DNA of 63,233 bases, the filler included, from Octopus bimaculoides (lineage: Eukaryota): assembly GCF_001194135.2 (NCBI RefSeq). It is 10 parts of 8 records of this genome, joined end to end, with 100 filler letters (N's around TTAATTAATTAA, not from the genome) between each part and the next. Parts side by side here need not be neighbours in the genome. Positions count along the whole stretch, not along the records: positions 1 to 3,727 come from NC_068985.1; positions 3,828 to 8,385 come from NC_068998.1; positions 8,486 to 17,668 come from NC_069009.1; 7 more parts are not named here. One strand, given 5' to 3'. The notes beneath the pieces are model-generated. The model ran no database searches. It saw nothing but the letters and a program-made list of their open reading frames with translations, and had not been told where the DNA came from. Each line of letters starts with the position of its first letter. The first letter of the stretch is position 1. Both the position numbers and the translations under genes were made by a program. Below, in pieces: positions 1 to 12,753 of the stretch.

Positions 1-340
1 TGAAAGAAAGGACAACAAAAGAAACAAAGAGACCTCGATATTATTTAAATAGAGGAGTTTATCTGTAAAAATATGTGACACTTATTCGGTAGCCATGATA
101 AAACTCCGAGTTTCGGATGCCGGGATGGGAACCCACGCCAACATCTCTTCAGTTATCCGGCCATTGAAAATTCCTGTGAAAAAATGACCGTTAAACAAAG
201 GGAAATTATTGTGAGGTTGACCGTTATTAAGACAAAAGAACTATAGACCACTATGTAAGGGGAGGGGGTAAAGGTAAGGGAGTAGAAAAGTCTATAGTGT
301 TCGCGTAAGCGCACCAATCCGTATATTCGCCTATATGTAT
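1..340 (-). mobile_element. Penelope-like (PLE) pLTR-type repeat, family 1, carrying a hammerhead motif
   Basis: Bases 1-108 recur at about 50191-50300, so this is a dispersed repeat. The minus strand contains a hammerhead fold at 97-157. Confidence 0.55.
97..157 (-). ncRNA. Minimal type-I hammerhead ribozyme motif
   Basis: Minus strand reads GAUAA-CUGAAGA-GAUGUUGG..CCGGCAUC-C-GAAA-CUCGGAG-UU-UUAUC. Stem I is GAUAA/UUAUC, stem II is 8 bp with one extra C before GAAA, and helix III is near-palindromic. Confidence 0.6.
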
Positions 341-1714
341 ATACTAAACCACCCTCACTTGAAACACACACATGCTCACCCACATACTCGCCAAAAACTA
401 AACATATATGTACATATACATATAAGTAAATATACATATATGTACATATACATATATGTAAATATACATATATGTACATATACATATATATATACCCGCA
501 TACACGGGTATATATATATGTATATGTACTCCGATCATTGCTACTCCGATCATACCTCGCCGATCATACAACTCAACCTTTGCTTTGTTAGACAACAAAT
601 ATAATCTCCTGATGTACCCAGTCCTTGTTGAGTAACACCATTCGGTTAATGCTTGAAATAATGAATCAGCGTAAATGAATGAAAGTCAGTTATGTTAAAT
701 ATTTTACACTGATATAAATGGCACAAATACTTGAATGGCACAGTGTCTCAACTTATATCTATATCTAATGAGTTATTCTTATGTTAGACACTTTCTAATT
801 CGAATTGCTCTACTGTAAATACTATTTTGCAACTTATTGTAATATTTCAATTACTTCTATTTCTCTATTGGCATATGTTTCTTTTTATCAATTATATAAA
901 ATATTTATCTGAATCAAATTAGAATTTTTTTTTTCTTGCAGTAACATTTACTTTGTATATATCTTCCATACGTTTTAAATTTCATATTATTTCCCATGTT
1001 CCGAAGTCATATTTGATTTAATTTCACATATTTTCTATCTATCATATTGAGATTAAATGTTCGCAATCTATAATTGGATTAAATCTTTCTACAATATTTT
1101 TTTACAGGGGAGTTAAACAATATTGCATGTTTTTATGATTTCATTTCTGAAAAATTAATTTCCTTTTTGATTTAAAATAATTTCATTTTTCGTTTTTACC
1201 TTCCATTTTTTGTGTGATTTATTTTTAGATTCTAAATTAGATTTTTCGTGTGCCGTTCATTTTAGATTTTAATTATATTGCAAATATGAAGGCAGCCATA
1301 TTTTTAAAGCTAATAGTCACTAACCATGAGGATTCCGCACAAATCACGATATATCTCAACTTGCAACATGTTCTTACAACAGTTCGAATTTGAGAAACAT
1401 ACAGACAAGTCGACAATATCTGGAAGACCACGTTATTCTTCTGCAATTATTGGTATTTCACCACACCCTAAGTAGATGTTTCGAACCAAAATAAAGATGA
1501 AAAAGTAACAGTGTTTGAAACTCAAGCTATTTACAGAACCCGATCAGTCTGGTCAAATATACCGAATAGAAATATTTTGCTGATGATAATGATCGAATTA
1601 TTTTATCTTACAGTTATTAGCTGAACACAGAAGTTTGAATTTTAATTCTATTGCTTCCTAAAAATTTTGTGTTTCACTATGACTCCAAGAAAATTAGCTG
1701 CAGCGTGTTAGTTA

Positions 1715-1733
1715 ATTATTATTATTATTATTA

Positions 1734-1767
<34 letters not shown>

Positions 1768-1792
1768 GATTATTATTATTATTATTATTATC
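1715..1792. repeat. (TAT)n microsatellite
   Basis: Direct reading; it explains the poly-Y ORF. Confidence 0.95.
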
Positions 1793-2459
1793 ATCTTTTA
1801 ATTTATTTCAATACATTATGTATTCTGGCCAAAGTTTTCCAATTAAAGGTTGTCAACGACCATTTATACTGAGACTATTGCAGTTCCGAGACAGAAAGAT
1901 TGAATGATTCAAAGGGTCAGAAAAATAATTTATTACCAACAGCAATTTTGTAAAATAAAATTTTTTTATACTTCTCATTTAAGACTGCATGCTTTAATAT
2001 GAACTAAATGTGTAAACAGCTACAGGCATATGAATTCTATCTGAAGAATTCATGGCCGTACAAGATCGTTATAGTTTCTGAAAGAAAAGAAAAGCAAACA
2101 ATCAGTCAAATAAAATCATTACAAATAAAGAGAGAAAAAAATAGTCTTTGTAAAACAAACATGAGCTTGTAAATCTTATGAAAATACCACTTTCAATATT
2201 ACATCGTTTATCATTTATTTATTCAAATGTTTTTGTTTCCTAAGTGATGTATTTTTCTCTTCTATCACACACACATACAACTATAAATATAAATATAAAT
2301 ATATATACAGTATATATANNNNNNNNNNNNNNNNNNNNNNNNNNNNNNNNNNNNNNNNNNNNNNNNNNNNNNNNNNNNNNNNNNNNNNNNNNNNNNNNNN
2401 NNNNNNNNNNNNNNNNNNNNNNNNNNNNNNNNNNNNNNNNNNNNNNNNNNNNNNNNNNN

Positions 2460-2514
<55 letters not shown>

Positions 2515-2904
2515 TTTGCACACATACTGCTTCCTTAATTTTTTTATTGGAAATAAATTCTGTTCAGATTTTATAAATGGAAATTATGTGAATAAATCGG
2601 TTTTTAAAGAAATACATTTTCTTTAAGCAGACATGTTTGTTTAAATGAATACATTTGATCACCTATTTGCAGTAATAACATTTAGTAATGACAGCATTGC
2701 TTTTTAATCGACAAAACGCTTATTTATTTCTTTGTTATGCTTTGTTTTGTTTGTTTATTGGTATTTTGCACAATTTCTATACAAGCATCTGTTCACCAAA
2801 TAAACTTAATGCAAATAATCAATTTTCTCTTCCCATTTAAATCCAAAACTTGATCCACGAAAGAATACGAAGAACAAAAAGACGAAGTAGAAGCATAATG
2901 TTGA

Positions 2905-2956
2905 TGGGGATGATAGTAATAATAACGACAATAACAATAATAATAATAGTAATGAA

Positions 2957-3027
<71 letters not shown>

Positions 3028-3067
3028 CAACAATAATAATAATAATGCTAATAATAATAATAATTAC

Positions 3068-3102
<35 letters not shown>

Positions 3103-3112
3103 TAATGATAAA
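2905..3112. repeat. (AAT)n microsatellite
   Basis: Direct reading; it explains the poly-I and poly-L ORFs. Confidence 0.95.
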
Positions 3113-3771
3113 CTAAAATGCCTCTAATATCCTAATAACAAAAATGTACATAAACATCTTCCCATCTCCTATTTCAGTATTTTATTTATTTATTCATTTA
3201 TACTGTTATTGCTTTATGTTTTATTCTTTCTCTTCTTTCTCAGCAGACAGTGTAGCTAATAGTTGACAATAGAATTTTTTGAAAACATTCTCTGGTGAGA
3301 TGGTTTATTATCGGTTACCTGATTAAATCATCTCAGGTGGAAACTAAAAATGACAATTTCTGTTAAGTGAGACCAAAAGTAGGAAAATTAGTTTTCATTT
3401 TTGTGTCTTTCCTTAAACATAATTTATCATGTGTATTTTGTCATATTTATTTTGTGTTTGTATTTATTTTTGAACACTACAGCACTGAGCTGCTATTACT
3501 TGTCCTAAAAAATAATTCTACTCCGTGTATCGTTGTTCTTCTTTGTCTCATGGTGCTTTGGTAATAAATATTAATGCGGAATAGAATTACAGTGATCTCT
3601 AAAGTTGGGGAGTTGGAGTTCAAATATGAAGGCTTTTGGTAACATGAACGGACAGGCGAGGATTACACATATACACAAACACACACAGACGCACACATAT
3701 ACATATACATATATATATATATATATANNNNNNNNNNNNNNNNNNNNNNNNNNNNNNNNNNNNNNNNNNNN

Positions 3772-3783
3772 TTAATTAATTAA
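3772..3783. other. Artificial scaffold linker TTAATTAATTAA between N runs (also 8430, 17713, 24258, 29622, 35353, 49183, 52495, 55468)
   Basis: The same 12-mer, with stops in all six frames, is centred in nine approximately 100-base N spacers. Confidence 0.95.
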
Positions 3784-3827
3784 NNNNNNNNNNNNNNNNN
3801 NNNNNNNNNNNNNNNNNNNNNNNNNNN

Positions 3828-3864
<37 letters not shown>

Positions 3865-4074
3865 GCATACATATATATTCATGTATGTCTGTCTGTCTGT
3901 CTGTCTGTATGTATGAATGTATGTATATAAATATGTATGTATGTATGTATGTCAGATACAGAAAGATAGATAGATAGATATGGCTACATTGACACATACG
4001 TACACATACCCATGTATACATACATATACTTCGCCCCTGAATTCACCTCTATAACGGTGACTCGACCTGCCATA

Positions 4075-4445
4075 GTTAATAGTCAAATCCGCCTCAAATC
4101 AAAACACTCGAACGTTTTTAGCCATAACTGAATGACACATCGGTTAATATACTCTTAGATAAGCTACCTCAATAAACAAAAAGACTGGTTGGTCACGTTT
4201 GGATCATTGTCCTTTGGAAAAGAGCTGACCGCGGTGGACGAATGTAAACTGCAACAATGATAACAATAAAAAGAATAGTCAAATCTCCCTCAAATCACTC
4301 CTTACACCCTTTAAAAGAAAATAAATAAAACGAAGGACACCGCGCTATGTCTAAAAACAAAAAGGCATGAAGGTCACGGATGGACGCCTTCGGTTATGGG
4401 ATTCAACTGTCGGGTCAGGGTTGACCTAGGCCTAAACAATATCTG
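4075..4445 (+). repeat. Two tandem diverged copies of an interspersed repeat (family F)
   Basis: aatagtcaaatc(c/t)(g/c)cctcaaatca starts both units (about 4078 and 4275), and both continue into ggtcacg.ttgg/ggtcacggatgg. Confidence 0.5.
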
Positions 4446-4554
4446 TTGAAAGACGTACAATTTAACAATTTTACCGATATAACGAGTCAACCTCTATGTG
4501 GTAACACAACATGCTAGAAATCGCAGCCAATTGTAGTCCTACAAACACTGAATG

Positions 4555-4810
4555 AAGGTGTGGTTAAGAAGCGTGCTTTGAAGCCACGTTCCTTCGGGTT
4601 CAATCTCACTGCATGGTACCTTGGGTAAGTGTCTTCTGTTAAAGCTCCAGACTAACCGATGCTTTCTGGGTGAATTTGATCGACAGAAACTGTGCAGAAG
4701 CCTACTCACACTTATCTATGTATTGTGTATATGTGTGTGCGTCTTTGTGTTTGCGTTTGTCTCCCCTCCACCGCTTGACAACCGGTAGTGGTTTGTTTAT
4801 GTCCCCGACG
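4555..4810 (+). mobile_element. tRNA-derived SINE, family D
   Basis: A-box/B-box-like head (tggttaagaag..ggttcaatc) followed by ccttgggtaagtgtcttct, a CORE-like block. Homologous to 42485, 47100-47210 and 53005. Confidence 0.75.
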
Positions 4811-5742
4811 GAGGGTGTCGGATGGATCATCTTTGACTATGGCTCCCAACATCTGTAACATCTTCTTTCATTTGATTACTTCTTGTTTGGGGCCTTTCCG
4901 CGGTAAGGGTCCTCACCTCACTGCCCTTTCTTCTCTCTGTTCCTAGGGGACCTTCAATAATATAAAAGTGGAGGGCTCACTTTTTTAAAAATCTATGATG
5001 AACGGTTTTTATCTTTTGTAGGGGTTTGTAAACGAGAATATCAATCCCTAGAGGCCAGAAAAATTTGTTATTGTTGTTTTTGTTATTGTTGTTGTTAAGT
5101 CTTAGGTCAAAGCTAATCAACAACACCTTATGATCAAAAGTACGGTGCAATTTGAGGGAGATTTTGCTGCTATTTCTCGCTTTCTAGCTGGTCTGGTCAT
5201 GATAATGTTGTATTTGGAGCTGTGCGTTTATTTTTGTTTGCTGTGGGTCGTCACGTGATATCGTCCATTTCCTGTGCTCTGTTGTGAGTTGTCACGCGAT
5301 GATGTCTATTACCTACGGTCTTTTTTGTGAGTCGTCACGTGATGTCTGTGGCTTGTTTCAGCCTTCACACAGTGTTGTTGTGGAGTGTAGTTAATTGTGG
5401 GTGGGTACACGATTTGGATTGTCGTTTGTTGTGAATGGTCACGTGATATCATCTGCGGACAGTCGTTGGTTGTCGTTTGACGTTGTCAGAGATTTGTTGT
5501 GTGGTCTCAGTGATAGTCGAATTACCAGGTGCGAGTTGCTATTGTCGGTCAGCGATGACCTTAGGTTAAACAACAACACAACACAGGCTGGTCACTCCTG
5601 GACCGTCTTTAATCATTGACCTGTTCGATCAGTGATTAACTGGAGAGAAACACGAATAAACGTTATTATTAACCACTCTATTACGTCACCGAATACTAGA
5701 TCTTTGGATCCAAGTTTCCGACACAGAGAAAAACATCTGATA

Positions 5743-5960
5743 AGGTGGCAGATTGGTAGAGTCGTAAGCGAACCGGACAAAACGCTCAGCGATAGTTCGT
5801 CCGTCTTCATACTCTGGGTTCAGATTCCACCGAGGTCGACTTTGTCTTTCATCATTTCGGGGTCAATAAAATAAGTACCAGTTGAGTACTAGGGTCAATG
5901 TAATCGACTTACTTCCCTCCCCTGAAATTGCTGGCCTTGTGCCAAAATTTGAAACCAATA
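5743..5960 (+). mobile_element. tRNA-derived SINE, family B
   Basis: Head ggtggcagattggtagagtcgt..ggttcagattcc, then gtcgactttgtctttcatc..gtcaataaaataagtaccag. At least 8 other copies lie in the window. Confidence 0.85.
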
Positions 5961-6060
5961 TGATTATAACTAAATTCTCAAGTAGCATCAGCGCTAGCAT
6001 ATATATGTGTACATATATGTGTGTGTGTGTGTGTGTGTGTGTATGATGTATGTATGTATG

Positions 6061-6415
6061 AAAATCACATTGGTATAGCCATTACCAAATGATATGAATT
6101 TTGTGAGTAAAGAGGTTGCAAAAATCACCAAGTACTCCGAATTGAAAGTGGAAATGGCAAGACTGTACGGAATGCGAGTGGGTAATGTAAAAGTGATACC
6201 AGTGGTGATCGGAGCGTTGGGTTCAACCCCTTTGAAACTTCAAAACTTCTTAAGGCAACTGGAAATCCCGTGCAAGATTGATGTCATGGAAAAGCAGCCT
6301 TATTGGGCACAGCGCACATCTTAAAGAAAGTATTATCTCTGTCTGAGGTCCTTGTTGGGACTTGACAGATGACTAAAGACTCCGGTGCATTTTTACCTAC
6401 ACTGTGTTACGAAGG

Positions 6416-6420
<5 letters not shown>
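6061..6420 (+). mobile_element. 3' end of an R4/Dong-like non-LTR retrotransposon (restriction-like endonuclease C-terminus)
   Basis: Translates KEVAKITKYSELKVEMARLY..VKVIPVVIGALG, then ..AHILKKVL after a frameshift; a 3' UTR runs into (TAA)n. Confidence 0.8.
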
Positions 6421-6466
<46 letters not shown>

Positions 6467-6482
6467 NNNNNNNNNNTAATAC

Positions 6483-6542
<60 letters not shown>

Positions 6543-6557
6543 TAATAATAATAATAA

Positions 6558-6775
6558 TAGATGGTGCTAATTATTGCCGGGTACTTGGAGACAGTATCAG
6601 AAGGCATTAAGATGAATATCAAGGAAGCTAGAATAGAGTGCCTAGTAGAACTGTTACAAAAGGTTTGCCTCCTTGGCACGGCCAGAATAATCAGGAAAGT
6701 ATTAGATGGCTGAAAAGAACGGATAGCATGGTACCATAGGAGCTCCAACAAAACCTGTGATAAACAGAAATAATA
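6558..6775 (+). mobile_element. Second, different R4/Dong-like 3' fragment
   Basis: Translates ..VELLQKVCLLGTARIIRKVLDG*, followed by a short UTR ending in taataat. It starts directly after a (TAA)n tract. Confidence 0.7.
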
Positions 6776-6791
6776 ATACAGATATTTATAA

Positions 6792-6842
<51 letters not shown>

Positions 6843-7440
6843 NNNNNNNNNNNNNNNNNNNNNNNNNNNNNNNNNNNNNNNNNNNNNNNNNNNNNNNNNN
6901 NNNNNNNNNNNNNNNNNNNNNNNNNNNNNNNNNNNNNNNNNNNNNNNNNNNNNNNNNNNNNNNNNNNNNNNNNNNNNNNNNNNNNNNNNNNNNNNNNNNN
7001 NNNNNNNNNNNNNNNNNNNNNNNNNNNNNNNNNNNNNNNNNNNNNNNNNNNNNNNNNNNNNNNNNNNNNNNNNNNNNNNNNNNNNNNNNNNNNNNNNNNN
7101 NNNNNNNNNNNNNNNNNNNNNNNNNNNNNNNNNNNNNNNNNNNNNNNNNNNNNNNNNNNNNNNNNNNNNNNNNNNNNNNNNNNNNNNNNNNNNNNNNNNN
7201 NNNNNNNNNNNNNNNNNNNNNNNNNNNNNNNNNNNNNNNNNNNNNNNNNNNNNNNNNNNNNNNNNNNNNNNNNNNNNNNNNNNNNNNNNNNNNNNNNNNN
7301 NNNNNNNNNNNNNNNNNNNNNNNNNNNNNNNNNNNNNNNNNNNNNNNNNNNNNNNNNNNNNNNNNNNNNNNNNNNNNNNNNNNNNNNNNNNNNNNNNNNN
7401 NNNNNNNNNNNNNNNNNNNNNNNNNNNNNNNNNNNNNNNN

Positions 7441-7491
<51 letters not shown>

Positions 7492-7814
7492 CGTGTGCAT
7501 ACATTGTGAATACATGAATATATATGCATTCATATACACAGATATAAATACACACACACACACATCACACACACATATATACATATGTATTTACATATGT
7601 ATACGCGTATGTATTTGTACACAGATGAATAACACCAATGTGAGGGTGTACGCGTGTGCACACAAACACAATGCACACACACACATGCACACACACACAA
7701 TGCACACACACATGCACATACATATATACGTATATATATTAATATATATGCATTATATATATACATTATATATATAGACATATAATATACATATATGTAT
7801 ACACACACACAGAC

Positions 7815-7985
7815 ATACGAACAAAATGCAAAAAGGAAAAATCAAAAGACAGGGCCAGGTAAGAAAAACAATGAACAAAGTGTACAAGTTTGACGCTCAG
7901 GAAAAATGGAAGAAGTCTTTGACGTTTCGAGCCCATGCTCTTTGACAGAAAGGAACGAGGAGAGAAAACAGATGGAGATGGATAT
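7815..7985 (-). mobile_element. PLE-like short repeat, family 2, with hammerhead-like motif (7914-7953)
   Basis: Homologous to 52790-52960 and 53325-53500. Minus strand reads CUUU-CUGUCAA-A-GAGC AUGG GCUC-GAAA-CG-UC-AAAG. Confidence 0.55.
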
Positions 7986-8351
7986 ACATATGTACATATA
8001 CACACACACATGTATGTATGTATGTATGTATGTATGTATGTATGTATCTATGGGTGTATATAAACTGTGAATTGGCCAAATTGTTTGAGCCTCGGGTGGC
8101 GTGAATTATGGTATTTCATCCTGCTCCTGTTGTGATTGTGAGGCCTATAAACAACACGTCAGTCACATCCTAAGATCGATCTTTGTTCCTTTCTCTCCCT
8201 GTGGTACAAATCCACTGTGATCAGATATGAAGATCGTTGGTCACCAACAGCTCTTTATAAAAATGACCCAAACTCACAAAGTGTAACGACGGCGGAATTT
8301 GAAGGACCCAATCACCATGCCAATACAATTCAAATGCCACACTTGCATATA

Positions 8352-8385
<34 letters not shown>

Positions 8386-8485
8386 NNNNNNNNNNNNNNN
8401 NNNNNNNNNNNNNNNNNNNNNNNNNNNNNTTAATTAATTAANNNNNNNNNNNNNNNNNNNNNNNNNNNNNNNNNNNNNNNNNNNN

Positions 8486-8532
<47 letters not shown>

Positions 8533-8895
8533 GTATATATATGTATGTATGTATATATGCATGTATGTATGTATGTATGTATGAGTGTGTGTGTGTGTGT
8601 GATCGTGTGTGCGTGCGTGTAAATATATACATATATATACATATAAATATATGTGGGGGGGGGGGTATTTAGACACACACACACACACACACACAAACAC
8701 ATATATACTTATATATCATAGATAGATAAATAGCTAGATAGCTACATACATACAAATAAACTTTTAAATATATGCAGTTAGCGATAGATGTATGCTGATT
8801 TGCCAATATATATGTGTCAATATATATATCTGTAGGTGTATGTGTGTATGTCAATATAAATATATATGTATATATATATACACACATATATATAT

Positions 8896-8939
<44 letters not shown>

Positions 8940-8991
8940 NNNNNNNNNNNNNNNNNNNNNNNNNNNNNNNNNNNNNNNNNNNNNNNNNNNN

Positions 8992-9035
<44 letters not shown>

Positions 9036-9599
9036 CTATCTATATATATACATTTATCTACCATCTGCCTATCTATCTATATGGATGTGTGTGTATTTGT
9101 ATGTATGTATGTATGTATGTATGTATGTGTGCACAGACAGTTAAATGGACAGATTGATAGGTCGATAGATAGAAAGAGTGAGGGTGTGTGTGTGTGTGTG
9201 TGTGTCTGTGTGTGTGTGTGTATGTGTGTGTGTATGTGTGTGTGTATGTGTCATAGACATAGACACATACGTACTTACATATACACGCACGCCACACACA
9301 CACACACATACACACACACACATATATATATATGTTATATGCATAAACAAAAGTTAACAATGAAAGAAAAAAAGAAAAATACTTCAACGGCACACATAGA
9401 TTCGGTAGCGCAGACCGTCTGAAAAATCTCTGCGAGAAATTACCATTATGCTAATTCTAAACTATATTCCTGCGTCTGGATATCTCTTTACTATTAATGA
9501 GGCTGTCATTTTAGATTTCGTAATGTGTATATAACATTCCATCTGAGAGAAGATGGACGGGGTGTACTTTCACTTTCATTTTCGGTTTTCTCGCGCACC

Positions 9600-10372
9600 C
9601 CTTAGTCGTTTCTCTCTCCCTGTTTCTCTTACTTTCTTTCTCACTCCCCCTCTCTTTCTCTCTCGTGCAACCTATCTCTTTCTTTCTCTCTCTCTCTCTC
9701 TCTCATTCTTTTCCTCTTCAATTCTCTTTTTCTTTATTTTTTAACCCTCTCTTTCTTTCGTTCTCCCAACCTCTCTTTTTTTCTCTCTTTTCTTCCCTTT
9801 GTCTTGCTCTTTCCCTCTTTCCTTTCATTTCTCTCACTTTCTCTCTTTTTGTTTCTTTCTCCCTTCTTTCATTCTTTCTGTCTCCCTCTAACTCTGTTTC
9901 TCCTTTTTGCTCTATCTGTATGTCTACCTCACTGTCTCCTTCTCTCTCTCTCTCTCTCTCTTACTCTCATTATCTCTCTCATTCTCTTTTTCTCTCCCCT
10001 TCTCGCTCTTTCTCTGTCCCTTTTTCTTCCCATTTCTCTATTTCTCTCTTTCACTCCCTCCTTTCTTCCTGTTCCTCTTCTCCCCCCTCTCTCTCTACTT
10101 TTCTCTCTTTCTCGCTTTCACTCCGCACTTCTCTCATTCTTGTTTCCCACTGATCTGTCTGTTGGTCTGCCTATCCATCTTCGTATCTTTCTCTTTCTCT
10201 CTCGTTCTCCATTTGTCTGCCTCTTTCTCCCTCTCTCTTTCCCTGCCTCTCTGGCCGTCTATCCATCTGACCGTCAGTCCGTCCGTCCGTCCGTCCGTCT
10301 GTCTTTCACTCCCCCCTCTCTCTTTCTCTCTCTCTCTGTACTTCTTTCTGTCTCTGTCTGTCACCTTTGTCA
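9600..10372. repeat. About 770-bp polypyrimidine (CT-rich) tract
   Basis: Direct reading; it explains the S/L/F-rich and E/R-rich pseudo-ORFs. Confidence 0.95.
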
Positions 10373-10533
10373 CACTCAGCCGACGCTCATCGCATTCAAA
10401 ATGGCCGAATCTCATTTCGTACGAAAATGGCGAAATCTTTTTGCCGACTAATAAATATATAGAAAAGTAATTACTGCAATTCTTACATTTATCGTTGTTG
10501 TCATTGTTATTGTTACTACTACTATTACAACTA

Positions 10534-10587
<54 letters not shown>

Positions 10588-11191
10588 TTGTTCTTGTAGT
10601 TGTTTGAATTTCTGATTATGTTATACCCTATTGTTCAATTAGAGATAGACAGAGATAAAACATGTGTGCATTTGTGTGGTGTGTGTATGCACATGGATGT
10701 ATATATGTACGTATATGTATAATATTTATATACATACATATGTATATACACATATGTATATTCAAAGGTATACACACACACACATATATACACTCACACA
10801 GAGACGTGTGTGTTTAAATATATGTATGTATTGTATTGTGTTTATGTATAAACGTAAACATGCATATATAGAAAGGCATACATCGTATATCAGAACATAG
10901 ATGGATGTAAGTATATGTAATACATATATTATTATTATTGTTGTTGTTATTATTATTATTATAATATATGTATGTATATGTATAGATAAATAATAGATAG
11001 ATTGATAGATATTCATATATGTATATAAAATATTTAAACATATACGTAAACTTTTATATTGTCTGGGTATATATACGTGTAAATGTGTATATTCATGCAC
11101 ATATACAACCGTACACACACACGCGCACGTGTGCATACTCGTGCACGCGTGCACACTCGTGCAGACACACACACACACAAACATACACGCA

Positions 11192-11227
<36 letters not shown>

Positions 11228-12254
11228 CTCATACAAACCAACATACATACAAAAGGCATACACATACTGTTATATGCATACACACTGACATACATACATG
11301 CATACACACACACACATCCATCCATCCATCCATCCATCCATACATACATGAACATTTTTCCAAACGTACATGCACACATAGATACGTATACACGCACAGT
11401 CATAAAATCATACGCACGCAGACACACAAATACACACACTTACTCCAAGACAAAAACACAGAGAGAAAGAATGAGAGAGCTAGAGAGAGAGAGAGAGAGA
11501 GAGAAGGAGAGAGAGAGAGAGGGGGGGAGAGAGAGTGGAATTTACTATATTTCGTGAGATTCTTACTTATTGGAATTACAGAAATCTATAATAGAAAATA
11601 ATAAACCGTGATTATTTTAGTTTATGAATATAAATGACTGATTGTCTCCCCTTCTCTCCCACTCTCCAGCCTCAATGCACCTTTAATCTCTTTTTGTTTC
11701 CTTTGCGCATCCCTCCTTTCTTTCCTCTCATTTTTCTTTCCTTCTTTCTCTCCTTCTTTCTTTTTTTTCTCTTTCTTTTTTTCCTGTTTTCTTTCTCTTC
11801 GAAATTGTTATCCAAATGAACAGTGGTTGTTTGTTTTTGATATTTCCTTAAGTTTTCATTCTGTGTTTTTGCTTGAAATAATGTGTTTGTATGCAAAGGT
11901 ATCATGTGTGTGTGTGTGTGTGCGTGTGTGTGTGATTGTAAGCATGTATGCATGTGCATGCGTGCTTCTATGTGTAAACATCTATGTATGTATGTATATA
12001 TGTATGCATAACTATGAGTATATATATGTATGTGTGTGTATATTCGTGTGTATGTGTATATAAATATATATGTATATAACACACACACACACATATGCAC
12101 ACATATGACTGAATGCGCTTGTTGTGTGTGTGTATGTATGTATACATGTACGCATGTGTGTATCTGTGTCAGTGCGTATGCATGCATGTATGTATGTATG
12201 TATGTATGTATGAATATACGTGTGTCTATGTATATATGTATGTCTTATTTTTTT

Positions 12255-12460
12255 TACTTGTTCTACGCATTAGACTACAGCCATTCTGGAGCACCGCCTT
12301 CGAGAAGCTTTAGTCGAATGTATCGAGTCCAGTACTTATTGTTATTTTGCTCGTTTTTTTTTCGTTTGGTAAATCTGGAATTAATTCGATCGTTCTCGTC
12401 AGCCGAAACGCTATGTTATGGGTGGACAAACATAGACACATAACACGCACACACACACAC
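12255..12460 (-). mobile_element. SINE family D, 3' part
   Basis: tacttgtt..cattagactacagccattctggagcaccgcctt is the reverse complement of the tail at 53200-53270. Confidence 0.7.
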
Positions 12461-12548
12461 ACGCACCGGGTTTCTTTATTAGAATACACTTGCCCAAGAT
12501 GAACCCTTTAGAGCTTAGTCGGGAAGCAGGTTTCTTACAACACAGCCA

Positions 12549-12753
12549 GCACAAGGCCAGCATGTTTGGGGGAAGGGAAAAGCCATGTCGATTACATCAA
12601 ACCCACTATTGAACTGGTACTTATTTTATCGACCGCGAAAAGATGAAAAGTAATGTCGAACCCGGTGGGATTTGAACTCAGAATGTAAAGACAGACGAAG
12701 CGCCGTTAAGCATCCTGCCCGGCGTGCTAACGATTTTGCCATTTTGCCACCTT
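12549..12753 (-). mobile_element. SINE family B
   Basis: Reverse complement of the 5743-5960 unit. Confidence 0.8.

Noticed and set aside
2040-2077. Peptide NYNDLVRP resembling a Cys-loop receptor N-terminus
   Set aside because: It is followed immediately by a stop codon, with no donor site and no further exons found.
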